Positions 20,624 through 30,536 of a stretch of DNA of 60,197 nt are shown here, in pieces; the stretch's first letter is position 1, and each line of letters begins with the position of its first letter. The notes under the pieces were generated by a model that searched no databases, was not told the DNA's origin, and worked only from the letters and a program-made list of their open reading frames with translations. Origin of the DNA: Candidatus Bathyarchaeota archaeon (GTDB lineage Archaea > Thermoproteota > CALKCG01 > B24 > DRYS01). The position numbers were made by a program, and so were the translations under genes. The stretch covers positions 1 through 60,197 of the forward strand of contig JAGTQC010000009.1 of NCBI GenBank assembly GCA_018396535.1. The letters are read 5' to 3'.

Positions 20624-21496
20624 ATGTCTTCGAGACCATTTAAGCTATCCGTCATATCAGATGAAGTCTCTCAGGATCTAGTAAGGGTTGCAGAATTTGC
20701 TAAAAAATTTGAACTTGACGCTATAGAGATACGGACTATATGGAATAAGCCCCCTCATCAGCTACTCGACCATGTAGATGAGATAACTGGTATATTAGCA
20801 CGTTATGGTCTTAGAGTGTGTAGCATAGCTTCTCCATTCTTTAAGTGTAATATAGATAGCAAGGATGAGTATCTATTACATCTAGACATACTGCGTAAAT
20901 GCTGTGAACTTGCTAAAAGGCTCGATGCAAATATAGTTAGAGGATTTACCTTTTGGAGAAAAGGAAAATACGAGGATTACGAATCTAAGATAATTGAATT
21001 ATTCCAGAAGCCTTTAGAAATAATCGAAGATGAAGGAATTGTCTTAGCCATAGAGAATGAACCTGCGACTTTCACTACGAATGGTAGGTTAGTATCGATG
21101 ATAATAGAGAAATTATGTTCCAAATATGTGAAAGCTGTATGGGATCCTGGTAACGATATAAGTGATCCATATGGAGAGATACCATACCCAGATGGATACA
21201 ATTATATAAAGAAGCACGTAATCCATGTTCACATTAAAGATGCAAAGAAAGTTGATGGAGAAGTTATACCAGTACCTATAGGGGAGGGGGATGTAGACTT
21301 TGTAGAGCAGTTCAAAGCTTTAATGAATGACGGATATAGAGGTTATCTATCACTCGAGACACACTGGAGGCCTGGGAAAAAACTTACAGAAGAACAAATA
21401 GTCAGACCTGGCGGAGCCAGTTTTTCTGAAGCAGGGGAAGAAGCGTCCGATATATGTATGCGTAATCTTATAAAGATTCTAGAATCTATCATATAG
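20624..21496 (+). CDS. Sugar phosphate isomerase/epimerase (xylose isomerase-like TIM barrel)
   Basis: IENE, WDPGN, HVHIKD, SLETH. Confidence 0.9.
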   Translation: MSSRPFKLSVISDEVSQDLVRVAEFAKKFELDAIEIRTIWNKPPHQLLDHVDEITGILARYGLRVCSIASPFFKCNIDSKDEYLLHLDILRKCCELAKRLDANIVRGFTFWRKGKYEDYESKIIELFQKPLEIIEDEGIVLAIENEPATFTTNGRLVSMIIEKLCSKYVKAVWDPGNDISDPYGEIPYPDGYNYIKKHVIHVHIKDAKKVDGEVIPVPIGEGDVDFVEQFKALMNDGYRGYLSLETHWRPGKKLTEEQIVRPGGASFSEAGEEASDICMRNLIKILESII

Positions 21497-21653
21497 ACTG
21501 TTGTTTAGAATAAATAAAATTTCGAAATATTAATTTTTATATTTTAATAAATTATTTAAAATAAATTATTTGTATAACATCTTTTTTACTTTAATATATT
21601 AAGAATTGTTACCAACATCGGAGTATTAACCCCCATAGTAAAGTTTAAAAGGA

Positions 21654-22601
21654 TTGTATGTTATCGATTATCTAGGCTATACCTTGAAGTATAGGTGCGA
21701 TCTAGGGTTAAATTCGATATTATTCATTTTAGCTTTGCTATCTATTTCCATTTTCCTTACCAATATGGTATCCTACGGGTATATCGTAAGGTTTTCTGGA
21801 TTACCTTCATCTAATAGAGCGGTAGTTTTAGATCCGTTTAATAGGCAGTTCAAGAGTATAGATGGATATCAAACTAGTATAAACGCTATAATCGAATATC
21901 TTAGATTAGCAAACTACACAGTAGAATATTACAAGGATAGCGAAGTTTCACTCGATCTATGGAAAGATATATGCTCTGGTAATTACGGTGTTGTTTACCT
22001 TAATACTCATGGCTATGTCAATGAGGATGGATATGTATATGTATATTTGGGAGAATTAGTAGATGAAGAATCTATATCGGATGATAAAGGTATCCTTCAT
22101 CTTCCACTCGAAGAAGGTATGAATGAAATATACATCGTCGTGCTCCCAGAGTTTATCAGATACTATGGTGATATGGCCGGAAAACCATTGGTATTCATAG
22201 ATGCCTGCTTTTCAGCATACAATCCTACGATGGCTTCAGCATTTATAGATGTAGGGGCAGGATGTTATATAGGTTGGAGTGGGTCTGTAGGCGTAGCTAT
22301 GGGTGCTAAAATTGATGCAGAGTTCTTCGGGTATTTAGCTAGAGGAGATACCATATTTGTAGCGTTATCTAAATCTGGTATAGATCCTATAACAACATCT
22401 CGGCTTGTAGCTTATGGTGATCCATATATGGCGCTTGTAGATACCGGTTACAGAGGCTCATTACATATGATAATGTCTACTATATTCTTTCTTATATTAT
22501 CAATCTTACTTATTATACTAAGTTTCAAAAAACCTAGATATGTATATGGATACCTACACCGTGTTCTAAGATGGCTCGCCAATCTATTACATATTGCATA
22601 G
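21654..22601 (+). CDS. Membrane-anchored extracellular clan CD (caspase/gingipain-like fold) cysteine protease-like protein
   Basis: N-terminal hydrophobic segment, VVYLNTHG and VFIDACFS dyad motifs, GAGCYIGW, YGDP, C-terminal TM helix; start uncertain. Confidence 0.7.
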   Translation: MYVIDYLGYTLKYRCDLGLNSILFILALLSISIFLTNMVSYGYIVRFSGLPSSNRAVVLDPFNRQFKSIDGYQTSINAIIEYLRLANYTVEYYKDSEVSLDLWKDICSGNYGVVYLNTHGYVNEDGYVYVYLGELVDEESISDDKGILHLPLEEGMNEIYIVVLPEFIRYYGDMAGKPLVFIDACFSAYNPTMASAFIDVGAGCYIGWSGSVGVAMGAKIDAEFFGYLARGDTIFVALSKSGIDPITTSRLVAYGDPYMALVDTGYRGSLHMIMSTIFFLILSILLIILSFKKPRYVYGYLHRVLRWLANLLHIA

Positions 22602-22744
22602 TGTGAAATGCTTATATAATTTCCAAATCCTAGGCAATATTACTTGGATATATTCATAGGTAGCTCTAGGAAATTTAGGCTTAACTTCAAAATCATACAC
22701 TTAGTATAAATATACCATAAGGGTATTATACCATTTTAACTTCA

Positions 22745-22784
22745 TACTAGATAATCTAGTAGAAATCTCTGGAAAAGGTATTCC
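22745..22784. promoter_or_regulatory. Two operator-like palindromes upstream of the ESCRT-III gene
   Basis: TACTAGAT-A-ATCTAGTA (22745-22761) and GGAA-AAGGTA-TTCC (22771-22784). Confidence 0.4.
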
Positions 22785-22796
22785 TAAAACAAAGAC

Positions 22797-23357
22797 ATGC
22801 TTGACCACGGAGAATTCAACTACGAGAAGTTCAGACGCAGTATATTCAGATTATCGCATAGACTTAAGGTTGAACAGATTAGATTGGAACAGACTATCAA
22901 CGAGATGAAAGTTTATCTTCGTGAGCTCTACGATAAATGCGAATCTGCTTTTAAGTTTGGTCAACCTTTAAGAGCAAAAATGTATGCCGATGAAAGCGTT
23001 AAGGTTGAGGAACTAGTAAGACAGTTACTACATGTTCAGCTTATCATAGAGCGGGTATTAATTAGGCTTGAAACCTTAAAAGAGGCAGGTAAGATATTAT
23101 CGCTCCTATCTCCTATCAGTGAAGCCTTAAAGTATGCTGGTGCGATTATCTCAGGCGTTATTCCAGAAGCATCTAAGAGAATAGATAAAATGTTATCGGA
23201 TATAGAGCCTCTCCTAAACATAACTACGAATGCGATCGATAAAAGCGAAACAGAAAGGATATTAGAGGAAGCTAAAGCCGCGGTAGAGGAACGAATTAGA
23301 ACTATACTCCCGGAGCCTCCGAAAGAGTTATATAAGCTTCTAGAGGAAACCGGGTAA
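22797..23357 (+). CDS. Archaeal ESCRT-III / Snf7 family protein (short CdvB paralogue, no wH domain)
   Basis: RAKMYADE...QLIIERVLIRLETL...ISGVIPEAS core, then ERILEEAKAAVEERIRTILPEPP with a MIM2-like proline motif. Confidence 0.85.
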   Translation: MLDHGEFNYEKFRRSIFRLSHRLKVEQIRLEQTINEMKVYLRELYDKCESAFKFGQPLRAKMYADESVKVEELVRQLLHVQLIIERVLIRLETLKEAGKILSLLSPISEALKYAGAIISGVIPEASKRIDKMLSDIEPLLNITTNAIDKSETERILEEAKAAVEERIRTILPEPPKELYKLLEETG

Positions 23358-23377
23358 AACCAGATCTATGTAATTGT

Positions 23378-25204
23378 TCAATTTTCAATACTAACGATTT
23401 TACTAATAACACTAGCCTCAGATGAAAGCCCTAGTTCAACCATAGTAGACCTCCTTGGTATACCTATATTGCTCCATCCCCTCTTATCATAGTATAGGTG
23501 AAGCATCCATCTATAACCATCTAAATCTAGGGTTTTACCTTTAAATGGTCCCTTAGTAGGTGGATCTTTAAACCATCTAGCCGGAGGATAATCCAGTAGC
23601 GGGCTCCACTCACACCTCTCTCTTATCCAGAAAGCTCTTATCAACGTGTATATTCTATCTGCCACCTTAAAGAATTCATCTAAACTTAGTTTCAATCCTG
23701 TAGCAGCTTCGAAGAAATCGATATACCATTTTAATTCGAATCCGAGTTCAACCCAGGGCAGCCTACACACAGTCAGGGATTCAAATATACCTCCTCTTAT
23801 CCTCTGAAATTCTATAAGCTTATCAACTTTAGCAGCAGTGTAGCCAAGCCTATCATTTTTTACCTCCCATGATATTATCCATGCATCCTTGTGATGTGCT
23901 CCTATAGGTGATGTACCATAGGCTAGCGCCATACCAGGAGCTGAGTGACAGTTATAGCCAGATATCTCCAATCCTTTGACATGCATAGCCCATTCTGCTG
24001 AGCCTGAAATCTTCGATGAAGCTTTACAAACACCATCAGCTAATAGATCACCTATTCCTCGCCTATTCACTATATCCTCAGCTAAAGCTAATGCATCATC
24101 AAAAACCCCCCACTCATATCGTTCGCTGATAAGTTTCTTCTCAGATGCTTCGAATGCGAATCCTAGGATATTTCCTAGCGATATAGTATCTACCCCAGCT
24201 TCATCTGCGAACCGAGTTAAAGCTGCTATCTTTCTCAAATCATATAGGCCTATATTCGCTCCAAGCATGGCTACGTTTTCGTAGTCTAACTCTGATTGGA
24301 ATCCATAGTTATCCTCGACGATATTTCCGCATTTAGCGTTACAATACGGGCATCCCCTACGTCCAATTTTCATCCTTTCCATCATATATCCTCCTATATT
24401 TTCAGCATACTCGAATACTCCTTCACGGAAGTTCATACATGGGAGAACGGCATTCTCTTGACTCCACTCTACAGTAGACATAGTTCCTTGTCTAATCCAG
24501 AAACTGTAGTTTGGAAGATTTATTATTGTATGATAGGATTCATAAGCAAGTTTCTCTAAGTTTCTAAGGTTAGCTACAGGTATATCCCTCTCACCTTTAA
24601 ATACTATAGCTTTAAGATTCTTAGAACCCATAACTGCTCCAATTCCAGTTCTACCTCCCGCTCTACCTGATTGAGAAATTACGTTGGCATATCTAACTAG
24701 ATTTTCACCTGCGACTCCTATAGATAATACTCCTGTATCCCTACCATACTCCTTTATAAGCTCAGCTTCTGTTTCGCTTGTTGATAATCCCCTAAGATCT
24801 TCTCTTACCTGTATCTCCACTTTATGATTATCGATCACTAAGATCGAAAGCTTCTCAGCTCTACCTTCTATTAATACTACATCATACCCTGCTTTCCTCA
24901 TATATACTGCTGCTAACCCTCCTATATTGCCATCCCCATATCCGTATGTTAACGGGCTCTTAGAAGCTAGGACAATTTTACCGCTACTAGGAATAGGCAA
25001 TCCTGTAAGTGGGCCTCCAGCTATAACAAGTTTATTTTCGCTTGATAAAGGATCAATACCGATAGGTAGGTAATCCCATAGAATCTTAGCTGCAAACCCT
25101 CTACCGCCTATGAACATTGTTTTCAAAGAATCACTATAATCATCGGTAATAGTCTTTCCTCTGGTTAAATCGACTCTAAGTATATACCCCATCCATCCGT
25201 TCAT
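23378..25204 (-). CDS. Tungsten-dependent aldehyde:ferredoxin oxidoreductase family protein
   Basis: GWMGYILRVDL, KSPLT, GRTGIGAVMGSKNLKA, CPYCNAKC, DYEN, HVKGLE. Confidence 0.93.
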   Translation of the reverse strand: MNGWMGYILRVDLTRGKTITDDYSDSLKTMFIGGRGFAAKILWDYLPIGIDPLSSENKLVIAGGPLTGLPIPSSGKIVLASKSPLTYGYGDGNIGGLAAVYMRKAGYDVVLIEGRAEKLSILVIDNHKVEIQVREDLRGLSTSETEAELIKEYGRDTGVLSIGVAGENLVRYANVISQSGRAGGRTGIGAVMGSKNLKAIVFKGERDIPVANLRNLEKLAYESYHTIINLPNYSFWIRQGTMSTVEWSQENAVLPCMNFREGVFEYAENIGGYMMERMKIGRRGCPYCNAKCGNIVEDNYGFQSELDYENVAMLGANIGLYDLRKIAALTRFADEAGVDTISLGNILGFAFEASEKKLISERYEWGVFDDALALAEDIVNRRGIGDLLADGVCKASSKISGSAEWAMHVKGLEISGYNCHSAPGMALAYGTSPIGAHHKDAWIISWEVKNDRLGYTAAKVDKLIEFQRIRGGIFESLTVCRLPWVELGFELKWYIDFFEAATGLKLSLDEFFKVADRIYTLIRAFWIRERCEWSPLLDYPPARWFKDPPTKGPFKGKTLDLDGYRWMLHLYYDKRGWSNIGIPRRSTMVELGLSSEASVISKIVSIEN

Positions 25205-25286
25205 GTTCAACGAAAGGAAGTTTACTCATACCGATCCATTTATAAAGGTTGTCTTCAATACTACATTTGGTTTTTGGGTGTCGGTT

Positions 25287-26105
25287 ATGTATAAACAACT
25301 TAGAGTAGCTATAATAGGCGTAGGTAAAATGGGCGAGGCTATAGTAGCTGGATTAATCGCTTCAAATAGATGTATGAGTGAATATATTGTATGCTATGAT
25401 ATATCAGCTGAAAGAAGAGAATACATGCGTAAGATATATGGTGTGAAATGTTTCGATAAGCCATCTGAAGACTTAAAGAACGTCGATATGGTATTCATAT
25501 CGGTTAAGCCTAAAGACGTACCTATAGTATTATCTGACATAGTACCATACTTGGATAGATCGTCTGTATTAATATCTGTAGCAGCTGGTGTATCATTGAG
25601 TTATCTAAGAAAGTATATACCTAAACCTATACCTATCGTTAGGATTATGCCGAATTTAGCATGCATGATCCGTGAAGGTATGATAGCATACTCTGCAGAG
25701 TATGCTATCGATCCAGATATAGAGAGGAATATTGTAGACATGCTATCGCTTTTAGGGAGAGTTGTAAAGATTGATGAACAATATATGGATGTAGTTACGG
25801 CTCTAGTTGGAAGTGGACCTGCGTACGTAGCGTTTGTGATCGAGGCTTTAGCGGATGCAGGGGTAAGGCTTGGTATACCTAAAGATCTCGCTATAACTAT
25901 GGCTGCACAGACTGTACTAGGGGCATCTAAGCTTATACTTGATAAAAGAATCCATCCAGCTATACTAAGGGATATGGTAGCTACCCCAGGTGGGACTACT
26001 GTTGAAGGTCTCCTTGTATTGGAGGAAAACGCTGTTAAATCAGCTTTCATACACGCTATATCTAGAGCAGCTACTAAAGCTTCGGAGCTTCATCTTCAAA
26101 GTTAA
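25287..26105 (+). CDS. proC: Pyrroline-5-carboxylate reductase
   Basis: IGVGKMG, VKP, RIMPN, GSGPAY, VATPGGTT; start moved to ATG 25287. Confidence 0.95.
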   Translation: MYKQLRVAIIGVGKMGEAIVAGLIASNRCMSEYIVCYDISAERREYMRKIYGVKCFDKPSEDLKNVDMVFISVKPKDVPIVLSDIVPYLDRSSVLISVAAGVSLSYLRKYIPKPIPIVRIMPNLACMIREGMIAYSAEYAIDPDIERNIVDMLSLLGRVVKIDEQYMDVVTALVGSGPAYVAFVIEALADAGVRLGIPKDLAITMAAQTVLGASKLILDKRIHPAILRDMVATPGGTTVEGLLVLEENAVKSAFIHAISRAATKASELHLQS

Positions 26106-26150
26106 CTTTCTAGTCTAGTATCTATTATAGACTTTAAAGTGGGTTCTGAG

Positions 26151-27470
26151 ATGAGTAGAATTAAAGTTGCATTAATAGGTGCAGGTAGTTACGTCTTCGG
26201 TCTAAGATTAGCTGTAGATTTAATATCTTATCCAGAGCTTAAGGGATTAGTATTAAGTCTTATGGATATAGATAGAGACAGATTAGAGTTTACGACTAAA
26301 CTCGTTAAGATAGCCGCAGAACAGAGTAAAGCTGAGGTTGGTATACATTCTACGACAGATAGACGTGAAGCACTTAAGGATGCAGATTATGTTGTTACAT
26401 CGATAAGAGCTGGAGGTATGGAGGCTACCCGTCTAGATCTCGAAATACCAGCAAAATACGGAATAGAACAAGGGGTTGGAGATACAATCGGTCCTGGAGG
26501 TGTATTCTATGGCTTAAGAAATGGCTTCGCTCTACTGGAAATATGTAAGGATATGGAGGATCTCTGTCCTGATGCATGGCTTCTAAATTACACTAACCCT
26601 ATGGCGATTCTATGCTGGGTTATCAAAGAACTAACTAAAGTGAAATTTATAGGTCTATGCCACAGTGTACCTAATACGGCTCATCTACTCGCTAGCTATA
26701 TAGGTGCGCAGCTTAATGAAATATCCTATCTAGCAGCAGGTATAAATCATATGGCTTGGTTTATAGACTTTAGATGGCGTGGAGTGAATGCATACCCTAT
26801 ACTGAGGGAAAAATTTTCAGATCCATCGATATACGATAATCCAAATCACCCAGCATACTATGACCTTGTTAGGATAGAAATATTCAAAGCTCTAGGATAT
26901 TATGTAAGCGAATCTAGTAATCATCTATCAGAATATCTTCCGTACTTTAGGAAGAATCTGAAACTTATAGAAAGATATAGAGTGCTAAGCTCATCTAGGA
27001 GGTTGGAAGTGCAGGAGAAAAGTAGAAGGATGCGTGATGAAAAACTCCTTAAAATACTTCAGGAGGGTGAACAGCTCCCTCTACGTAGGAGTGGAGAATA
27101 CTGTGCTCAGATAGTATACGCTATTGAAACGAATACTCCTACAAAGATTTACGGGAATGTAGAAAATACTGGGTTGATAACAAACCTACCTTACGGATGC
27201 ATAGTAGAAGTACCATGTGTAGTTGATGGTGGAGGTATACATCCATGCTACATCGGTAGCATACCGTCTCAATGTGCAGCTTTAAATCGGATGAATATAA
27301 ACGTACAAGAACTAGCTGCTAGAGCAATAATCGAGCGTAGTAGAGAAAGAGTGTTTCAAGCGTTACTAGTAGATCCTCTTACGAGTAGCTTACTTACTAT
27401 AGATGAGATAAGAAGACTTACAGAAGAGATGTTTGAAGCCCAATCCAAGTATTTACCGAAGCTGGAATAG
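26151..27470 (+). CDS. Glycoside hydrolase family 4, alpha-galactosidase (MelA-like)
   Basis: IGAGS, GDTIGPGG, NYTNP, GLCHS, AGINH. Confidence 0.92.
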   Translation: MSRIKVALIGAGSYVFGLRLAVDLISYPELKGLVLSLMDIDRDRLEFTTKLVKIAAEQSKAEVGIHSTTDRREALKDADYVVTSIRAGGMEATRLDLEIPAKYGIEQGVGDTIGPGGVFYGLRNGFALLEICKDMEDLCPDAWLLNYTNPMAILCWVIKELTKVKFIGLCHSVPNTAHLLASYIGAQLNEISYLAAGINHMAWFIDFRWRGVNAYPILREKFSDPSIYDNPNHPAYYDLVRIEIFKALGYYVSESSNHLSEYLPYFRKNLKLIERYRVLSSSRRLEVQEKSRRMRDEKLLKILQEGEQLPLRRSGEYCAQIVYAIETNTPTKIYGNVENTGLITNLPYGCIVEVPCVVDGGGIHPCYIGSIPSQCAALNRMNINVQELAARAIIERSRERVFQALLVDPLTSSLLTIDEIRRLTEEMFEAQSKYLPKLE

Positions 27471-27560
27471 GCTTATGCATCGATCGATACTATAATAACT
27501 ATACGATGTAACCTTATATATAGACCTAGCTACAGTTCGATTCCTAATAGGGGATGTATA

Positions 27561-30536
27561 TTGCTTGATAAAGATGTTTTCAAAAACCCACCATCAGAAT
27601 TCAGAGGAGTACCGTTTTGGTCTCTAAACGATAGGCTATATCCCGTTGAGATTAAGCGCCAGATAGATCTATTGTGGGATGCCGGGTATGGTGGCGCATT
27701 CTTTCATGCAAGAGAGGGGTTAGCCACCCCGTTCTTAGGTCGGGAATGGTTTGATGCTTTTGAAGCAGCTATCGAGGAAGCAGAGTCTAAAGGCATGTAT
27801 ATCTGGATATACGATGAGCTTTGGTGGCCTTCAGGCTTTGCTGGAGGTATGGTTCCAGCTATAGATCCAGGGTATAGAGCTAAGGCTATTCTTATGATAC
27901 CTGGAGAGAGAGCTTATGATGGTAGCGATGTAATAGCTACTTTCAGATGTAGAGTTAGGGGTGGTTTACCTATAGAATATGAGCGTGTAGAACCGGGGGA
28001 GGAGTCTGGAGATTATGTGTACCTTACCTTTGTCAGATATACGGCTTCTACCGGTGAAACATGGTTCTGCGGCTTCAGCTATGTAGATCTCCTAGATCCT
28101 AATGTTGTAAAGAAGTTTATCGAAATAGCCTACGAGCCTTACGCCTATAGGTATTCGAAGAATTTCGGTGGAGTGATACCTGGCATATTTACGGATGAAC
28201 CTAATTTCTCTGCTAGTAGGCCTCCTAGGGTTCGTTTACCTGCTGTTATTCCTCCTAGAGGTCCTAGGTTTCCTGTCGTAGCTTTACCGTGGACAGATAA
28301 GCTTCCCGTTATATTTAAGGAGAAGTATGGCTATGATATACTAGATAGGCTTCCAGAATTGTTTCTGGATATAGGAAACTATACGGAGACTAGGTATCAC
28401 TTCTGGAAGCTTGTTACTTCGTTATTCGTAGAATCATTCTCTAAACAATTGTATGAATGGTGTGAAAAGCATAATCTGAAATTCACTGGGCACTATCTAG
28501 CTGAAGATACTCTTCTATCTCAGATAACATCTATAGGAGCTGCTATGCCTCATTACGAATACCAGCATACACCGGGGATAGATCATCTAGGTATGCAGAT
28601 ATGGAGAAGCCTCCTAACAGCTAAACAGGTAGCCAGCGTAGCTAACCAGCTAGGTAAGAATAGGGTACTTTGCGAAGCTTATGGATGTCTAGGTAATTAC
28701 CCATCGTTTGCTGATAGAAAATGGATAGGCGACTGGCTCTACGCTATGGGTGTAAACCTTCTGAATCATCACTTAGTACCATACTCTATGAGGGGAAGGA
28801 GAAAGAGGGATTATGGTCTAAATATACATTGGAGTCAACCGTGGTGGAGGTATAATAGGGTTATAGAGGATTATTATGCTAGGCTAAGTTACATTCTATC
28901 TAGGGGTTATAGGCCTACTAAATTATTAGTAATCCATCCTATAGGTGGTGCATGGTCGCTCTATAGTCCATTGAATAGTTCTAAGGTAGTAGAGCTGGAT
29001 AAAGTATTCGAGAGGCTTCTAAGAATGCTTCTATCCATACATATGGACTTCGATCTCGGCGACGAAATTCTCATAGAGAAATATGGTAGAGTAGCTGATG
29101 GAAGATTCTATGTAGGTATGGTAGGGTATGAAGCTGTACTAATTCCTCCATCCCCATCGCTTTCAAGTTCTATAGTTAGACTCTTGGAGGAGTTCGTAGA
29201 ATCTGGTGGTCTAGTATTAGCTGTATCCCCAACCCCCTACATGGTCGATGGAAAACCCAGTGAGGCTATCGGTAAGTTAATCAGTAGGGCTAAGGTTCTA
29301 GATAGGATAGATAGAAATCTACTTGAAGATTCGCTTAAAGATCTGAGGAATGTGGTAATTGAAGGTGATCCATATGGAGATGTATTATCGCATCTAAGGA
29401 TAGATGGAGATAGCCATATACTTTTCATAGCTAACAGTAGTAGGGTTAGAGAGTACGATCTGAAGATTAGAGTTGATGGATTGTATACTGTAGAGTTATG
29501 GGATCCATTTACAGGATCCATAGAAGCCTATCCTGTAGAGTATGTAGAAGGGAAGACGCTGTTTAAGCTTAATCTACCGCCTATAGGATCTGCGTTATTC
29601 GTTCTTAAGCCTGGATCTACCGGATCTATCAATACTATGCGTAGATGTAAACTTGTTTCAGAAATTCCTATTGGTGGTGTCTGGAGCGTTAGGAGGAGGA
29701 ATCTAAACGTACTTGTTCTAGATTATTGTAGATATAGCGTCGGAGGTGCTTGGAGCGATTTAATGCCCTTGTGTAGAGTACAGGAAGCCATAGCTCAATC
29801 TGGTTTAGGGTCAAAGTTTAAACTTAGATTTGAATTTCAATCTGAAGTAGATTTCATAGATCGTAAAGCATATCTAGTAGTTGAAAAAGGTAATGAATTT
29901 AGGATAGAAGTTAACGGTATACCTATAGAAGATTGGTCTGCAGGATATTGGATAGATTCAAGCTTTCTGATGGCTGATATATCTAGATTAGTAGGTAGGG
30001 GTATTAATACGATAGAGCTGGAGGGTGTGGTAGGCTTGGAACCTGAGCTTGAAAATATATACGTACTCGGGGATTTTGGTATAGAGGTATCTGCTAAAGG
30101 AGGTTCAAAGATAATAGAGGAGCCGCATGAAGTCGAGCTAGGCGATATGACGCGTAAAGGCTACCCCTTCTACGTAGGAGAGCTAGAGTTAACAAGGGAA
30201 TTCGAGTTAGATCATGTAGATGGATGCAGTATTCATGTTAAATTCGATAGGTTAGATGCGGCTCTTGCACTAGTATACCTAAACGATACCGAGGTAGCTA
30301 AACTCATATTACCGCCATATGAAGTAGATGTTACTAATTATGTTAGGAAAGGGGTAAATACCGTAAAGGTGGTATTGGTAGGTACCCTTAGGAATGCTCT
30401 AGGTCCTCTACATCATAAGCTAGGTGATCCAGACTGGGTTAGTCCGGAAAGTTTCAGAGATCCAGCTAACTGGACGGATGAATATATGCTTAAACCATTT
30501 GGAGTATATGGCGTTAAGCTCAGGATATACTGTTAG
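27561..30536 (+). CDS. Large glycoside hydrolase, GH106 (alpha-L-rhamnosidase-like) family
   Basis: PFWSLN, HAREGL, YDELWWPSGFAGG, FTDEP, PGIDHL; C-terminal beta-sandwich. Confidence 0.85.
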   Translation: MLDKDVFKNPPSEFRGVPFWSLNDRLYPVEIKRQIDLLWDAGYGGAFFHAREGLATPFLGREWFDAFEAAIEEAESKGMYIWIYDELWWPSGFAGGMVPAIDPGYRAKAILMIPGERAYDGSDVIATFRCRVRGGLPIEYERVEPGEESGDYVYLTFVRYTASTGETWFCGFSYVDLLDPNVVKKFIEIAYEPYAYRYSKNFGGVIPGIFTDEPNFSASRPPRVRLPAVIPPRGPRFPVVALPWTDKLPVIFKEKYGYDILDRLPELFLDIGNYTETRYHFWKLVTSLFVESFSKQLYEWCEKHNLKFTGHYLAEDTLLSQITSIGAAMPHYEYQHTPGIDHLGMQIWRSLLTAKQVASVANQLGKNRVLCEAYGCLGNYPSFADRKWIGDWLYAMGVNLLNHHLVPYSMRGRRKRDYGLNIHWSQPWWRYNRVIEDYYARLSYILSRGYRPTKLLVIHPIGGAWSLYSPLNSSKVVELDKVFERLLRMLLSIHMDFDLGDEILIEKYGRVADGRFYVGMVGYEAVLIPPSPSLSSSIVRLLEEFVESGGLVLAVSPTPYMVDGKPSEAIGKLISRAKVLDRIDRNLLEDSLKDLRNVVIEGDPYGDVLSHLRIDGDSHILFIANSSRVREYDLKIRVDGLYTVELWDPFTGSIEAYPVEYVEGKTLFKLNLPPIGSALFVLKPGSTGSINTMRRCKLVSEIPIGGVWSVRRRNLNVLVLDYCRYSVGGAWSDLMPLCRVQEAIAQSGLGSKFKLRFEFQSEVDFIDRKAYLVVEKGNEFRIEVNGIPIEDWSAGYWIDSSFLMADISRLVGRGINTIELEGVVGLEPELENIYVLGDFGIEVSAKGGSKIIEEPHEVELGDMTRKGYPFYVGELELTREFELDHVDGCSIHVKFDRLDAALALVYLNDTEVAKLILPPYEVDVTNYVRKGVNTVKVVLVGTLRNALGPLHHKLGDPDWVSPESFRDPANWTDEYMLKPFGVYGVKLRIYC

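Noticed and set aside
21500-21605. Very AT-rich spacer with AATAAATTATTT twice; considered as a replication origin or CRISPR leader
   Set aside because: No ORB-like G-strings, no cdc6 and no repeat-spacer array; such repeats are expected in AT-rich DNA.
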